Assembly: GCA_020137815.1 (NCBI GenBank)
Contig: CM035350.1
Coordinates: forward strand, 9,920,001 to 9,984,000
Source: Hormiphora californensis
Lineage: Eukaryota > Animalia > Ctenophora
Direction: 5' to 3'
DNA: 64,000 nucleotides
Below are positions 54,241 to 64,000 of the stretch, in pieces. A program made the translations under genes and the position numbers. Position 1 is the first letter of the stretch. Each line of letters opens with the position of its first letter. The notes under the pieces are model-generated. The model did no database searches, had not been told where the DNA came from, and saw only the letters and a program-made list of their open reading frames with translations.

Positions 54241-56228
54241 ATCTGATTTATATTATTATATACCCTGCTAACTTAAATAATGCGCCAGTGGCGAGAAGTC
54301 CCACTAGCGCGCTCTCGATAACCAGCCAGTCCAGCGGCAGATTATTTCCCACTGGCAGGTTATTTATTTTTAACTCCTATGTTACATTCAAAGTGTGTGT
54401 AAATGATCAGTTCTTACTGAAATACAGAGGGAACACTGTTTGGAAGAGTTACACACTAAATTGGAGAGAAAGAAACAACACATTCCGTCAATTACTCTCT
54501 CTTTAGCTTCCCTTTTGTTTCACTATCTCAATTCCTCTGTGTTATGTCTGGCATGCCCCATATCTTGTTATTTCTTTCTCTCTCTCCTTAGTAACTGTTA
54601 CCAAACAATGTACACTCAATTGAGAGATGTTTTTGACTGTTTCTCAGTTCTCTTTGTGTATTTTGATTAGTGTTCTCTCTCTTGTTAGTGTGTAATACTT
54701 GTAACAAACAACTAAAGCAGGGTATATAAACTATAAACTCTTGCCATAGACGCGTTATAGGTTTAAACCCCTCCGCCTCTCCCTCGGCTACGCCTCGGGA
54801 TCGTCGTCGTGATTTAAACCAGTTTATCCGCCAGTGGCGGATAAACTACAGCTACCTTCTCCCAGCGGCGCCATCTGATTTATATTATTATATACCCTGC
54901 TAACTTAAATAATGCGCCAGTGGCGAGAAGTCCCACTAGCGCGCTCTCGATAACCAGCCAGTCCAGCGGCAGATTATTTCCCACTGGCAGGTTATTTATT
55001 TTTAACTCCTATGTTACATTCAAAGTGTGTGTAAATGATCAGTTCTTACTGAAATACAGAGGGAACACTGTTTGGAAGAGTTACACACTAAATTGGAGAG
55101 AAAGAAACAACACATTCCGTCAATTACTCTCTCTTTAGCTTCCCTTTTGTTTCACTATCTCAATTCCTCTGTGTTATGTCTGGCATGCCCCATATCTTGT
55201 TATTTCTTTCTCTCTCTCCTTAGTAACTGTTACCAAACAATGTACACTCAATTGAGAGATGTTTTTGACTGTTTCTCAGTTCTCTTTGTGTATTTTGATT
55301 AGTGTTCTCTCTCTTGTTAGTGTGTAATACTTGTAACAAACAACTAAAGCAGGGTATATAAACTATAAACTCTTGCCATAGACGCGTTATAGGTTTAAAC
55401 CCCTCCGCCTCTCCCTCGGCTACGCCTCGGGATCGTCGTCGTGATTTAAACCAGTTTATCCGCCAGTGGCGGATAAACTACAGCTACCTTCTCCCAGCGG
55501 CGCGCTGGGAGAAAGGTATCTGAAATAACGCGCCACTGGCAAGAGTTTATGCCTCATATATACCCTGCTAACTTAAATAATGCGCCAGTGGCGAGAAGTC
55601 CCACTAGCGCGCTCTCGATAACCAGCCAGTCCAGCGGCAGATTATTTCCCACTGGCAGGTTATTTATTTTTAACTCCTATGTTACATTCAAAGTGTGTGT
55701 AAATGATCAGTTCTTACTGAAATACAGAGGGAACACTGTTTGGAAGAGTTACACACTAAATTGGAGAGAAAGAAACAACACATTCCGTCAATTACTCTCT
55801 CTTTAGCTTCCCTTTTGTTTCACTATCTCAATTCCTCTGTGTTATGTCTGGCATGCCCCATATCTTGTTATTTCTTTCTCTCTCTCCTTAGTAACTGTTA
55901 CCAAACAATGTACACTCAATTGAGAGATGTTTTTGACTGTTTCTCAGTTCTCTTTGTGTATTTTGATTAGTGTTCTCTCTCTTGTTAGTGTGTAATACTT
56001 GTAACAAACAACTAAAGCAGGGTATATAAACTATAAACTCTTGCCATAGACGCGTTATAGGTTTAAACCCCTCCGCCTCTCCCTCGGCTACGCCTCGGGA
56101 TCGTCGTCGTGATTTAAACCAGTTTATCCGCCAGTGGCGGATAAACTACAGCTACCTTCTCCCAGCGGCGCGCTGGGAGAAAGGTATCTGAAATAACGCG
56201 CCACTGGCAAGAGTTTATGCCTCATGTA
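54241..56228. mobile_element. Three tandem copies (632 and 668 bp periods) of a palindrome-rich non-autonomous element, possibly Crypton-like
   Basis: Identical copies with internal inverted repeats tataccctgct/agcagggtata and ataaactcttgcca/tggcaagagtttat, and hairpins gtttatccgcca-g-tggcggataaac and cctcggctacgcctcgg. No TSD seen. Family assignment is tentative. Confidence 0.6.
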
Positions 56229-56292
56229 TAGGAAAGTGTTTGTTTGTTCGTTTGATTTGCTACTACCATCTCCTGCTCTGTTGTAGCACACT

Positions 56293-56598
56293 ATGGCCCA
56301 GCGAAGGGCAGTAATCCAGCTTTACAAGGAGCTCCACTTTATGGGACGTGACTACCCTGCCGGGGCTGTGTTCTTCCACCAGCGCCTCCACACTGCATTC
56401 ATGAAGAACTCAGGTGAAACTGACCCAGAGAAGATAGACGCTCTCATTGCACGGGGTCGATATGTCCAGAAGGAGATCGAGGCGCTGTACGCGTTACGTC
56501 GGTATCGTGCTATGAAGCAGAGATACTATGATCAGGAGGAGATGGAGAGACATCAGCGAAACATTGAGCGGTACATCAGGGAACTTGATGCTGAGTAA
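56293..56598 (+). CDS. ETFRF1: Electron transfer flavoprotein regulatory factor 1 (LYR motif protein 5)
   Basis: [18 protein letters not shown]...[19 protein letters not shown] matches LYRM5. Confidence 0.9.
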   Translation: MAQRRAVIQLYKELHFMGRDYPAGAVFFHQRLHTAFMKNSGETDPEKIDALIARGRYVQKEIEALYALRRYRAMKQRYYDQEEMERHQRNIERYIRELDAE

Positions 56599-57283
56599 AC
56601 AACCAATCAGAACTCGTTATTTAGGTCACGTGACTGGTTATCAGCCAATCAGGGACCAGGAGGAGATGGAAAGACATCAGCGAAACATTGAGCGGTACAT
56701 AAGGGAACTTGATGCTGAGTAGTAGCCTGGTGGAGAATGGAGATGCCGCTATTATATACTTGATAACCTGTTGATATTGTTGAATAGAGGAAGTGATATA
56801 TACTATCAGACTCGTGACTTACTCTACTGCTACTACTGCTGGCGCCTGTCTGTATATATACGATGTGTTGACCAATGTTGTTTGTGTTCGATTTATTACA
56901 CGAGACACAGAGACAGTTAGTGAGAGAGAAGAAGAGAGATAGTTAGTGTGTGGCAGAGAGTGAGAGAGAAATCCGGTTGTATGTATTGCAATATATCTAT
57001 CAGTTCTGTGACTTCACTCCCATGTATAACAGTGTCTGTATCTCTCTCCTTTGACAGCGAAACTGTGTGAGTGCACAGTACCAAGGTTTCCTACAAGGCT
57101 CTATCTCTCAACACTACTCCTCCCATCTCAATCTGACTTGTTTAAATGACCACTAACTCGATCTGACCACTACTACTCTACCTCTATCTCTCTGTCTTAG
57201 CTATCTCTCAGCACACACCTTTATCTCTCTATCACCAAGTACTGAATATTCCAAGTGCTAACCCCCACTCCCTCAATCTAGCT

Positions 57284-58878
57284 ATGCAGAATATAAAGTG
57301 TGTTGTGGTGGGTGATGGTGCGGTCGGTAAGACTTGTCTCCTCATATCCTACACCTCAAATGCCTTCCCGGGAGAATATGTGCCCACTGTGTTCGATAAC
57401 TACAGCACCAATGTGATGATCGATGGTCGACCCATCAACCTGGGACTCTGGGATACAGCAGGACAGGTATGTGATCTGACCAAATATGGTGGTCACGTGA
57501 TGACCAAATATGGAAGTCACGCGATACGATAAGATCATCTTGTTTCTGTTAGATCAGTGAGAACTAGATACTCAATATCGACTTACACGTGATTTTCTCA
57601 CACAGGAAGATTATGATAGGTTGAGGCCCTTATCCTACCCCCAAACTGATGTGTTTCTGGTCTGCTTCTCCATAGTCAACCCACACTCCTTCGGAAATGT
57701 CAGGGCAAAGTGGTCTCCAGAGGTAAGCAGGGGCTCTTTACATTGGCTGGGTCATGGGGTACTTGTACTCATGGGAGTGATGGGGGGCTATATCATGGAT
57801 TCCAGTCTCCAGAAATTCTCTAAACTCTGATTCATACTCTCTGAAATTCATACTCTCTGAAATTCTCTGAACTCTGAGTCTTTTACATTTCACTTTTCAA
57901 CCCTTCTCCGATTTCTCTCTGCGGTGTCCCCCTACTATCATTGACAGCTTTACATTTGCAAGGCTGTAAGGAGAGAGGGGTTACATGTCACCCCCTGCAG
58001 TAAGGTGTCAGTTACTGTCTAGTTTAACATCAAATTCCTAGTTATTCGCATATGTCAACCTTCAGCCACAAGAACATTCTCCCTTACAACTTCATCCCAT
58101 TGCTTCATTCCCGTTACAATTTATACTTTCAGCCACTAGTTCCGAATCTTTCTCGACCTTATCTCCCCAGTAACATTCTCCCTGTCAAGTCGTGTCCCCT
58201 CTCGATCTTGTTTTGTCTCCTCCAAATAAGTAATAGCATGTCCACCCTATTCACAGGTGAGGCACCACTGTCCCAATGTTCCGATAGTGCTGGTGGGTAC
58301 CAAGTGGGATCTCCGAGAGGACAAGAACACCCTCGATAAACTGAAGCAGAACAAACAGTCACCCGTCAGTCAGGCCCAGGGAATCTCCCTCATGGTTAGT
58401 TGGTGAGATAGAGACATGCCCATATATATGGTGTGTCACGTGATGCCCATATATGGTGTGTCACGTGATGCCCATATATGGTGTCATGTCACCCGTCAGC
58501 CAGAGAATCTCCCTCATGGTTGGTTTACTCAAAAGAAGAAACTCTCTAGCAGTAAGAGAGTTTCGTCTTTCGAGTGAGTTTTGAGATTAAAATGTACGTT
58601 GAGAATGTGATAGGCAAGTTCGAGTTTCGAGTTTTGATTTCCTATTCAAAGATCCGTGATGTGTTATGAGGATTCAGTATGCACCATCCCGTTTCACAAC
58701 ATATCCCTTGAGCTAACACTTCTCTCCCTTGCAGAAAGAGCTCGGCGCTGTACAGTATGTGGAATGTTCCGCTCTAACCCAGCGGGGATTGAAGCAAGTG
58801 TTCGACGAGGCGATCAAGGCGGTCCTCCAGCCAAAACAGACTCGCAAGCCTGGGAAGAAGACATGCCAGATGTTGTAG
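57284..58878 (+). CDS. Rac: Rac-family small GTPase. Exons 57284-57466, 57606-57722, 58257-58394, 58735-58878
   Basis: [47 protein letters not shown] (Trp56-type LGLWD), polybasic tail and CAAX CQML. Confidence 0.95.
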
Positions 58879-59536
58879 AACAATGGACTCCCTCCGCACC
58901 CCTCCTCTTGTGTGTATCCGATATATATTGTGTCCATTGATTGCTATCATACAGACACTCCTTTCTCTCTATATCTCTCTAGTCTATAGGTGAATTATAA
59001 TACCAGTCAGCCTGGCTGTGTGTGTGTGTGTGTGTGTAATAGGTTTTGTTTTGGACCGAAAAAAGGATGAAACTGCATATATATAATACGTCTGTTATTT
59101 TCTCGTGATTTATACTGTTTTTTGTTGATTGTTTTTATGTGTTAATGTAACGTCCCCCGTTTTTTTTTCTGTAGAGCGCTCACCCATAACCCCCATCATG
59201 ATTATAAATATTCATCGATTTGGACGTTAAAACATTTTGTAGGACTTTTCCACGACACCATGGTGATAACTCGCTTTCTGTAATCTGAGTTAACTATGTG
59301 TTAACTAACTATGTTAACTAACATCAGTGTTAAGAAACATCGTGTTATCCTTCATAACATCACCCATGGTGTATAATGGCACACATTTCAAAATCTAACT
59401 TTTTTAATTTGGTATTTTTGATGTTTTCAAATTTGAACTTAACCCCAGCCAATGCGTTTCCCTGTGTTAATTTTTGTACGTCTGTCATTTACATTGTTGG
59501 TCAGTGCTTCGTTAGTTTCTCATGCAGTATCATTCC

Positions 59537-59625
<89 letters not shown>

Positions 59626-60021
59626 CTCTTTCTCTCACACACACACACATACAAAATGAGAATGGCTTCCTTGAAAGAGTGCAACTGCAGCAACACACTG
59701 CAGCTGAGTGCTGGGCTATTTCCTGTCTCTCACATACAGTCACACACACTGGCCACTGTATCTGTTTGTTCGTCACATACAGTCACACACACTGGCCACT
59801 GTATCTGTTTGTTTGTCTCTCACATACAGTCACACACACACACTGGCCACTGTATCTGTTTGTTCGTCAACCCTGTCACATCACGTGTGTGTATTTGTGT
59901 GTGTGTATTTGTATTGTGTGTATTTGTATTGTGTACAAAACGAGTGTTTACACACACCGTCTATCTACTATAATAACACTAACTCATCACATCTTTGCCA
60001 GGTCCCTATTTCACCCTTCTA

Positions 60022-60639
60022 ATGTCCAACAACCCGTGGTCAGCCCCCCATCCAGAAGAGACCCTCTTGTCCATCTTGTCCGAACAGGGTGTTACCCCAG
60101 ACCCAGCCACCACTGACATCTCCTCCGACCCATCTTTGGGGATCCTTCGAGCTCTATCCGAGATAAGTTCCCTTAGTGGCGAGATACACGCAGCAGAACT
60201 GGCCCTTCTCTCACGGAACCTCCTCCGGGATAACAGGGAGGTTGTTGGAGTTGTGGAGTTAGAGAGAGTTGAGACAGCCGCTGCAGAGATAACTCAGACC
60301 CTCCAGTCTGTGTTAGAGGATAGGGAGGGTCTGGCAGGGCGGCTCAGAGCGCCACATGATTCAGGGAGGTTAGTGATAGAGGCGAGATATCAGGGACACG
60401 CTGTAGCAACATTTGAGAAGTTAGGGAAGGTACTGGCCAGTTTAACGGGCTCATTGCGCAGTGTGGAAGAATATCAGAACAGTGGGCTGAGTGAGGAGCG
60501 ACTAGTACAGACTGTTGAGACTATTAGTGGGTTGTGTAGGAGCGTGAGGACGATATATGATGGCTTTCAGAGTGAGCACACAGCTCTCAGCAGCCTGAAC
60601 AATTCAGTTGGTATGAACAAACGTAAACTATCCGTTTGA
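60022..60639 (+). CDS. HAUS2: HAUS augmin-like complex subunit 2
   Basis: N-terminal NPW and LQSVLEDREGLAGRLRAP...LVIEARYQ resemble HAUS2 (LEAVLKEKRSLRQRLLKP...LPIEAVYH); single exon. Confidence 0.7.
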   Translation: MSNNPWSAPHPEETLLSILSEQGVTPDPATTDISSDPSLGILRALSEISSLSGEIHAAELALLSRNLLRDNREVVGVVELERVETAAAEITQTLQSVLEDREGLAGRLRAPHDSGRLVIEARYQGHAVATFEKLGKVLASLTGSLRSVEEYQNSGLSEERLVQTVETISGLCRSVRTIYDGFQSEHTALSSLNNSVGMNKRKLSV

Positions 60640-61106
60640 AGAACTGATAAAGTTACAGCTCCTTGATAAAGTTACAGCTTATCACTATTATCGCTATAAA
60701 ATGATTGTACAGAATTTACTGAATGTCTATTGGGATGAGGGGCTAAAACACAATTCCATACAGTTTGAAGCCCTTCCTCTCAGCGACAGTATTAGCTTTT
60801 GTCGCGGTAAATGATGTATTTTAACCAAATTTGTACCTCTATGCTATTATATGAAAACTTCACTATCCAGCAATATTATAGAATCATTTCTTCTCTATAT
60901 AACTACCCCACTCTATCTAATCATGTTCCCTTGAACTACACTATAGCTATTTATTCTCTAACCACCCACCTTCGTCCCACCCTATCTGACTATCATTACC
61001 CCTCCCTATCTAACCACCCTACTATCTAACCACCCACCCCGTCTCCCGCCCTATCTAACCACCCTGTCTCCCTCTCTAACCACCCTCTCCCTCCTCTACT
61101 CAGGGA

Positions 61107-62399
61107 ATGGTAGTAGCTGACGACACTCCACCTCCTCCTCCTCGTACTACTTGCCTACACTTTGTAACCAGGAAGAAGAGACAATGCAAGCTGGCTGCCC
61201 TCCCTCACAACCAATACTGTGCTGAGCACTACCCCCACCATCCCACCACAACAATAGGGGAGAAGGAGGAGGATGATCCTCATATACCTTGTCCTCTAGA
61301 CCCCGCTCACTCTATCCTACAGAGCAGACTAGAGAGACACCTGAAGAAGTGCAATGCTAATCTGTTCGATTATACGGATAGGCCGTATTATAAACGAGAT
61401 ATCAATGTGCCGGTAACACCATCCCATCAGCAGTTTACCCTAACAAGAACCCCACTAGGGTCGGTGGATCCCGGTCTGGTGTGGACCACGTGCCGGCAAC
61501 TCCTGGGGTACGGTGCCACTAGTAGGATGTGTGAGGTTGGAGAGGCGGTGGATGTTAGTTCTAAAGAACTGGCGGACTGGACCGAGTTGGTTGAGAGTAG
61601 AGGGGGAGAGAAGGGGTTGAAACATGCCAAACAACAGATAGCATTGGTCCGAGAGTACAGCACCAACCCTGGCACTGTGGAGAAGGGACGAGTGTTTGTG
61701 GAGTTAGGGGCAGGGGCTGGCCGACTTAGTCAGTGGTTTCACTTCAAGTATCCAGACAGGAATTTCGTCCTGGTTGATAGACAGATGTGCAGGAGGAGGG
61801 CAGATGAGATGCTGTCAAACTTTCTCAGACTCAAGATGGATATAAAGGATGTTTGGGTGAGAGGTGTGGAAGGTGTCAAGGAGGGTGTTGAAGGTGTCAG
61901 AGAGGGTGTCAGTAATGTCACCTATCTAGGAAAACACCTGTGTGGTGGTGCTACAGATCTAGCCCTAGTTAGTGCAGTAGATACAGCTGGTGTAACAGCA
62001 GCTGACCTTATTATTGCACTTTGCTGCCATAACCAATGTACATGGGAGGTATACACTGGCAAAACTCACTACCTCTCACATTTCTCTCCAGAACAGTTTT
62101 ATCTGCTGTCATCCCTTGCTGGATGGGCCACCTGCTTTCATCTCGATAAGATATTTCCTGAGAACCTGGAGAATGAGATGGAAATGTTTATGAAGGAGCA
62201 GGGACCTCCGGAAGATGGGGGATATATCATCCTGCCAAACACGCTAAAGAGACATATTGGGCTGTGTGCTAAGAACGTGATAAATGATGGCCGTGCTAAA
62301 TATTTACAGGACAATGGATTTGATGTTCGGTTTGTTAAGTATATCCGGGACTCAATATCGCTAGAAAATATGGCGTTACTTGCTCAACCCGCACTTTGA
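61107..62399 (+). CDS. TRMT13: tRNA:m(4)X 2'-O-methyltransferase TRM13
   Basis: CCCH finger (CLHFVTRKKRQC...CAEH), CHHC finger (CPLDPAH...HLKKC), VELGAGAGRLS, KHLCGGATDLAL, CCH, SLEN. Confidence 0.92.
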   Translation: MVVADDTPPPPPRTTCLHFVTRKKRQCKLAALPHNQYCAEHYPHHPTTTIGEKEEDDPHIPCPLDPAHSILQSRLERHLKKCNANLFDYTDRPYYKRDINVPVTPSHQQFTLTRTPLGSVDPGLVWTTCRQLLGYGATSRMCEVGEAVDVSSKELADWTELVESRGGEKGLKHAKQQIALVREYSTNPGTVEKGRVFVELGAGAGRLSQWFHFKYPDRNFVLVDRQMCRRRADEMLSNFLRLKMDIKDVWVRGVEGVKEGVEGVREGVSNVTYLGKHLCGGATDLALVSAVDTAGVTAADLIIALCCHNQCTWEVYTGKTHYLSHFSPEQFYLLSSLAGWATCFHLDKIFPENLENEMEMFMKEQGPPEDGGYIILPNTLKRHIGLCAKNVINDGRAKYLQDNGFDVRFVKYIRDSISLENMALLAQPAL

Positions 62400-62969
62400 A
62401 GTGCTAGAACCGTGATACCGGGTGGTCGGTGCCAGATCTAATTACAGGGAAGTCGAATTGAGATAAGGGTGCGCGCGGTATTTCTGTGCGCGTACAAAGT
62501 ACACTTTTTCAGCATTCAGTAGAGTAAGAAGGGACGAGGTTATTGCCGTTCCGTCCTATTTCCTTTAATTTATTGACAGGGAGTGTTTAATATTTGTGAT
62601 GTTTTTAACGAAGGGTATTTATGCGTATTTTAAGAAAAGCATTTGTCAATCCAATTAGTTCATAAGTTCAGAAATGCGGTGTCTCTATATTCTCACTCAA
62701 ACAACCACCATCAAAAGGTCAACCTCAGCACTGTACGGGTATTTAATGTTTTGAATCGGCGAGAACGATGATCAAAGGAATCTTGTCATCTGGGCCACAA
62801 ATTCCTCCTCTCATTCCTCTGGATTCCTCACGATGATATGAAGTGTGATGGCGCGCATGTTGTCATGGACCTTCCACGCGCCAACAAAGCTCCTCTCCAC
62901 TCACCGCGCGTTCCGTACAGTCCGCTTCTGAGGTCGATATTTTGTGACGGACCCTTGGCACACAGCATG

Positions 62970-64000
62970 CTATTCCTGGATCTTTGCGGACGCGTTTGGG
63001 TTCCAGGATTCTATCTTGGGCTTAGTAGTTGTACTCGGGACGTATCTTTCTGCAAATGTACCAGTCATGTTGGCACGATGTTCCATCAGGAATTTCTGTT
63101 CCACGGGGGGAGCATCAACGGGTGTGTCGTCGGTCATGTAATGGAGCCATCTGTGCCACTCAGCCGGAACCTCGGAGGGGTCACTCTTTAGAACAACCCA
63201 GTTCGGTTTATTGTACTGGATCCAACGGTTCCTGGAAATGTATCAGAATTAATTGACATTAACTCCCCAAGCGGGGGTGAAAACTGAACAACGTGTCATT
63301 ATATTGAATAGATGTGTCTTACCGTCCCAGATAATAGTCATTATTTTCGTAATATTCATTTCCAAAGCTATCTCGCCCTACAAGTTCACCATATCGAAAC
63401 TCGTTACAGTTCACATATCTGACAAGAGAGAGAGGGTGAAATTGGGGTGCAAACAAGATGTTTCATACTTCAAAGTACAGTGGGCAAGTAGTACTAAGGT
63501 GGGACACATACTGTAGAAATGATCTTAACGAGTATGGTCTTATTGACGGTAAAGTACAGTGGAGGCAAGTAGTACTCACTTATTGACGGTATAGTACAGT
63601 GGGCAAGTCCGCAAGTAGTACTCACTTATTGACAGTATAGTACAGTGGGTAAGTAGTACTCACTTATTGACGGTATAGTACAGTGGGCAAGTCCGCAAGT
63701 AGTACTCACTTATTGACAGTATAGTACAGTGGGCAAGTAGGACTCACTTATTGACGGTATAGTACAGTGGGCAAGTAATGTACTCACTTATTGACGGTAC
63801 AGTGGGCAAGTAGGACTCACTTATTGACGGTATAGTACAGTGGGTAATTTGTACTCACTTATTGACGGTATAGTACAGTGGGTAAGTAGTACTCACTTAT
63901 TGACGGTATAGTACAGTGGGCAAGTAGTACTCACTTATTGACGGTATAGAACAGTTAACAGTGGGCAAGTAGTACTCACTTATTGACAGTACTAGCAAAA
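62970..64000 (-). CDS. NDUFA12: NADH:ubiquinone oxidoreductase subunit A12 (5' end outside the window). Exons >64000-63980, 63418-63323, 63231-62970
   Basis: GELVGRDSFGNEYYEN...GRNRW...SEVPAEWHRWLHYMTDDTP...NMTGT...YVPSTTTKPKIESWNP; missed by the ORF track. Confidence 0.9.
63537..63990 (-). repeat. Tandem array (~12 copies, ~38 bp) of the NDUFA12 exon end plus donor
   Basis: Minus-strand unit gtcaataa|gtgagtactacttgcccactgtactatacc; the real donor is at 63979. Confidence 0.9.

Noticed and set aside
54237-55970. Triplicated short ORFs as a gene family
   Set aside because: They lie within the tandem repeat units and have no recognisable protein features.
62760-62970. Extra gene or stop read-through downstream of NDUFA12
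   Set aside because: Composition looks coding-like, but the ORFs are short or antisense and have no recognisable homology; treated as 3' UTR.

Overview
Eukaryotic (animal) nuclear DNA: intron-containing genes, abundant (CT)n/(GA)n microsatellites and many non-autonomous transposons. Compact genes, nested antisense genes and a 62-nt repeat I recall from Pleurobrachia sequence suggest a ctenophore (inference, not verified). Genes reconstructed by hand-splicing: ICT1/MRPL58, TRAK/Milton, SREBP, INSIG (300 bp downstream of SREBP, same strand), two antisense genes nested in SREBP and INSIG introns, a six-finger C2H2 gene, SLC35F1/2, ETFRF1/LYRM5, Rac, HAUS2, TRM13 and NDUFA12. The consensus has scattered 1-bp indels and a ~2 kb homopolymer artefact (41.2-43.3 kb). 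Most notable: (1) repeated tandem amplification of the splice junctions themselves, with arrays of 2 to ~58 donor or acceptor copies at eight junctions in five genes; (2) head-to-tail linkage of SREBP, apparently with a short regulatory tail, and its inhibitor INSIG; (3) a co-oriented five-gene run with acceptors just before each ATG, suggesting a trans-spliced polycistron; (4) an ORF1-only LINE with a target-site duplication and tail; (5) nested foldback/MITE/Helentron-like structures.
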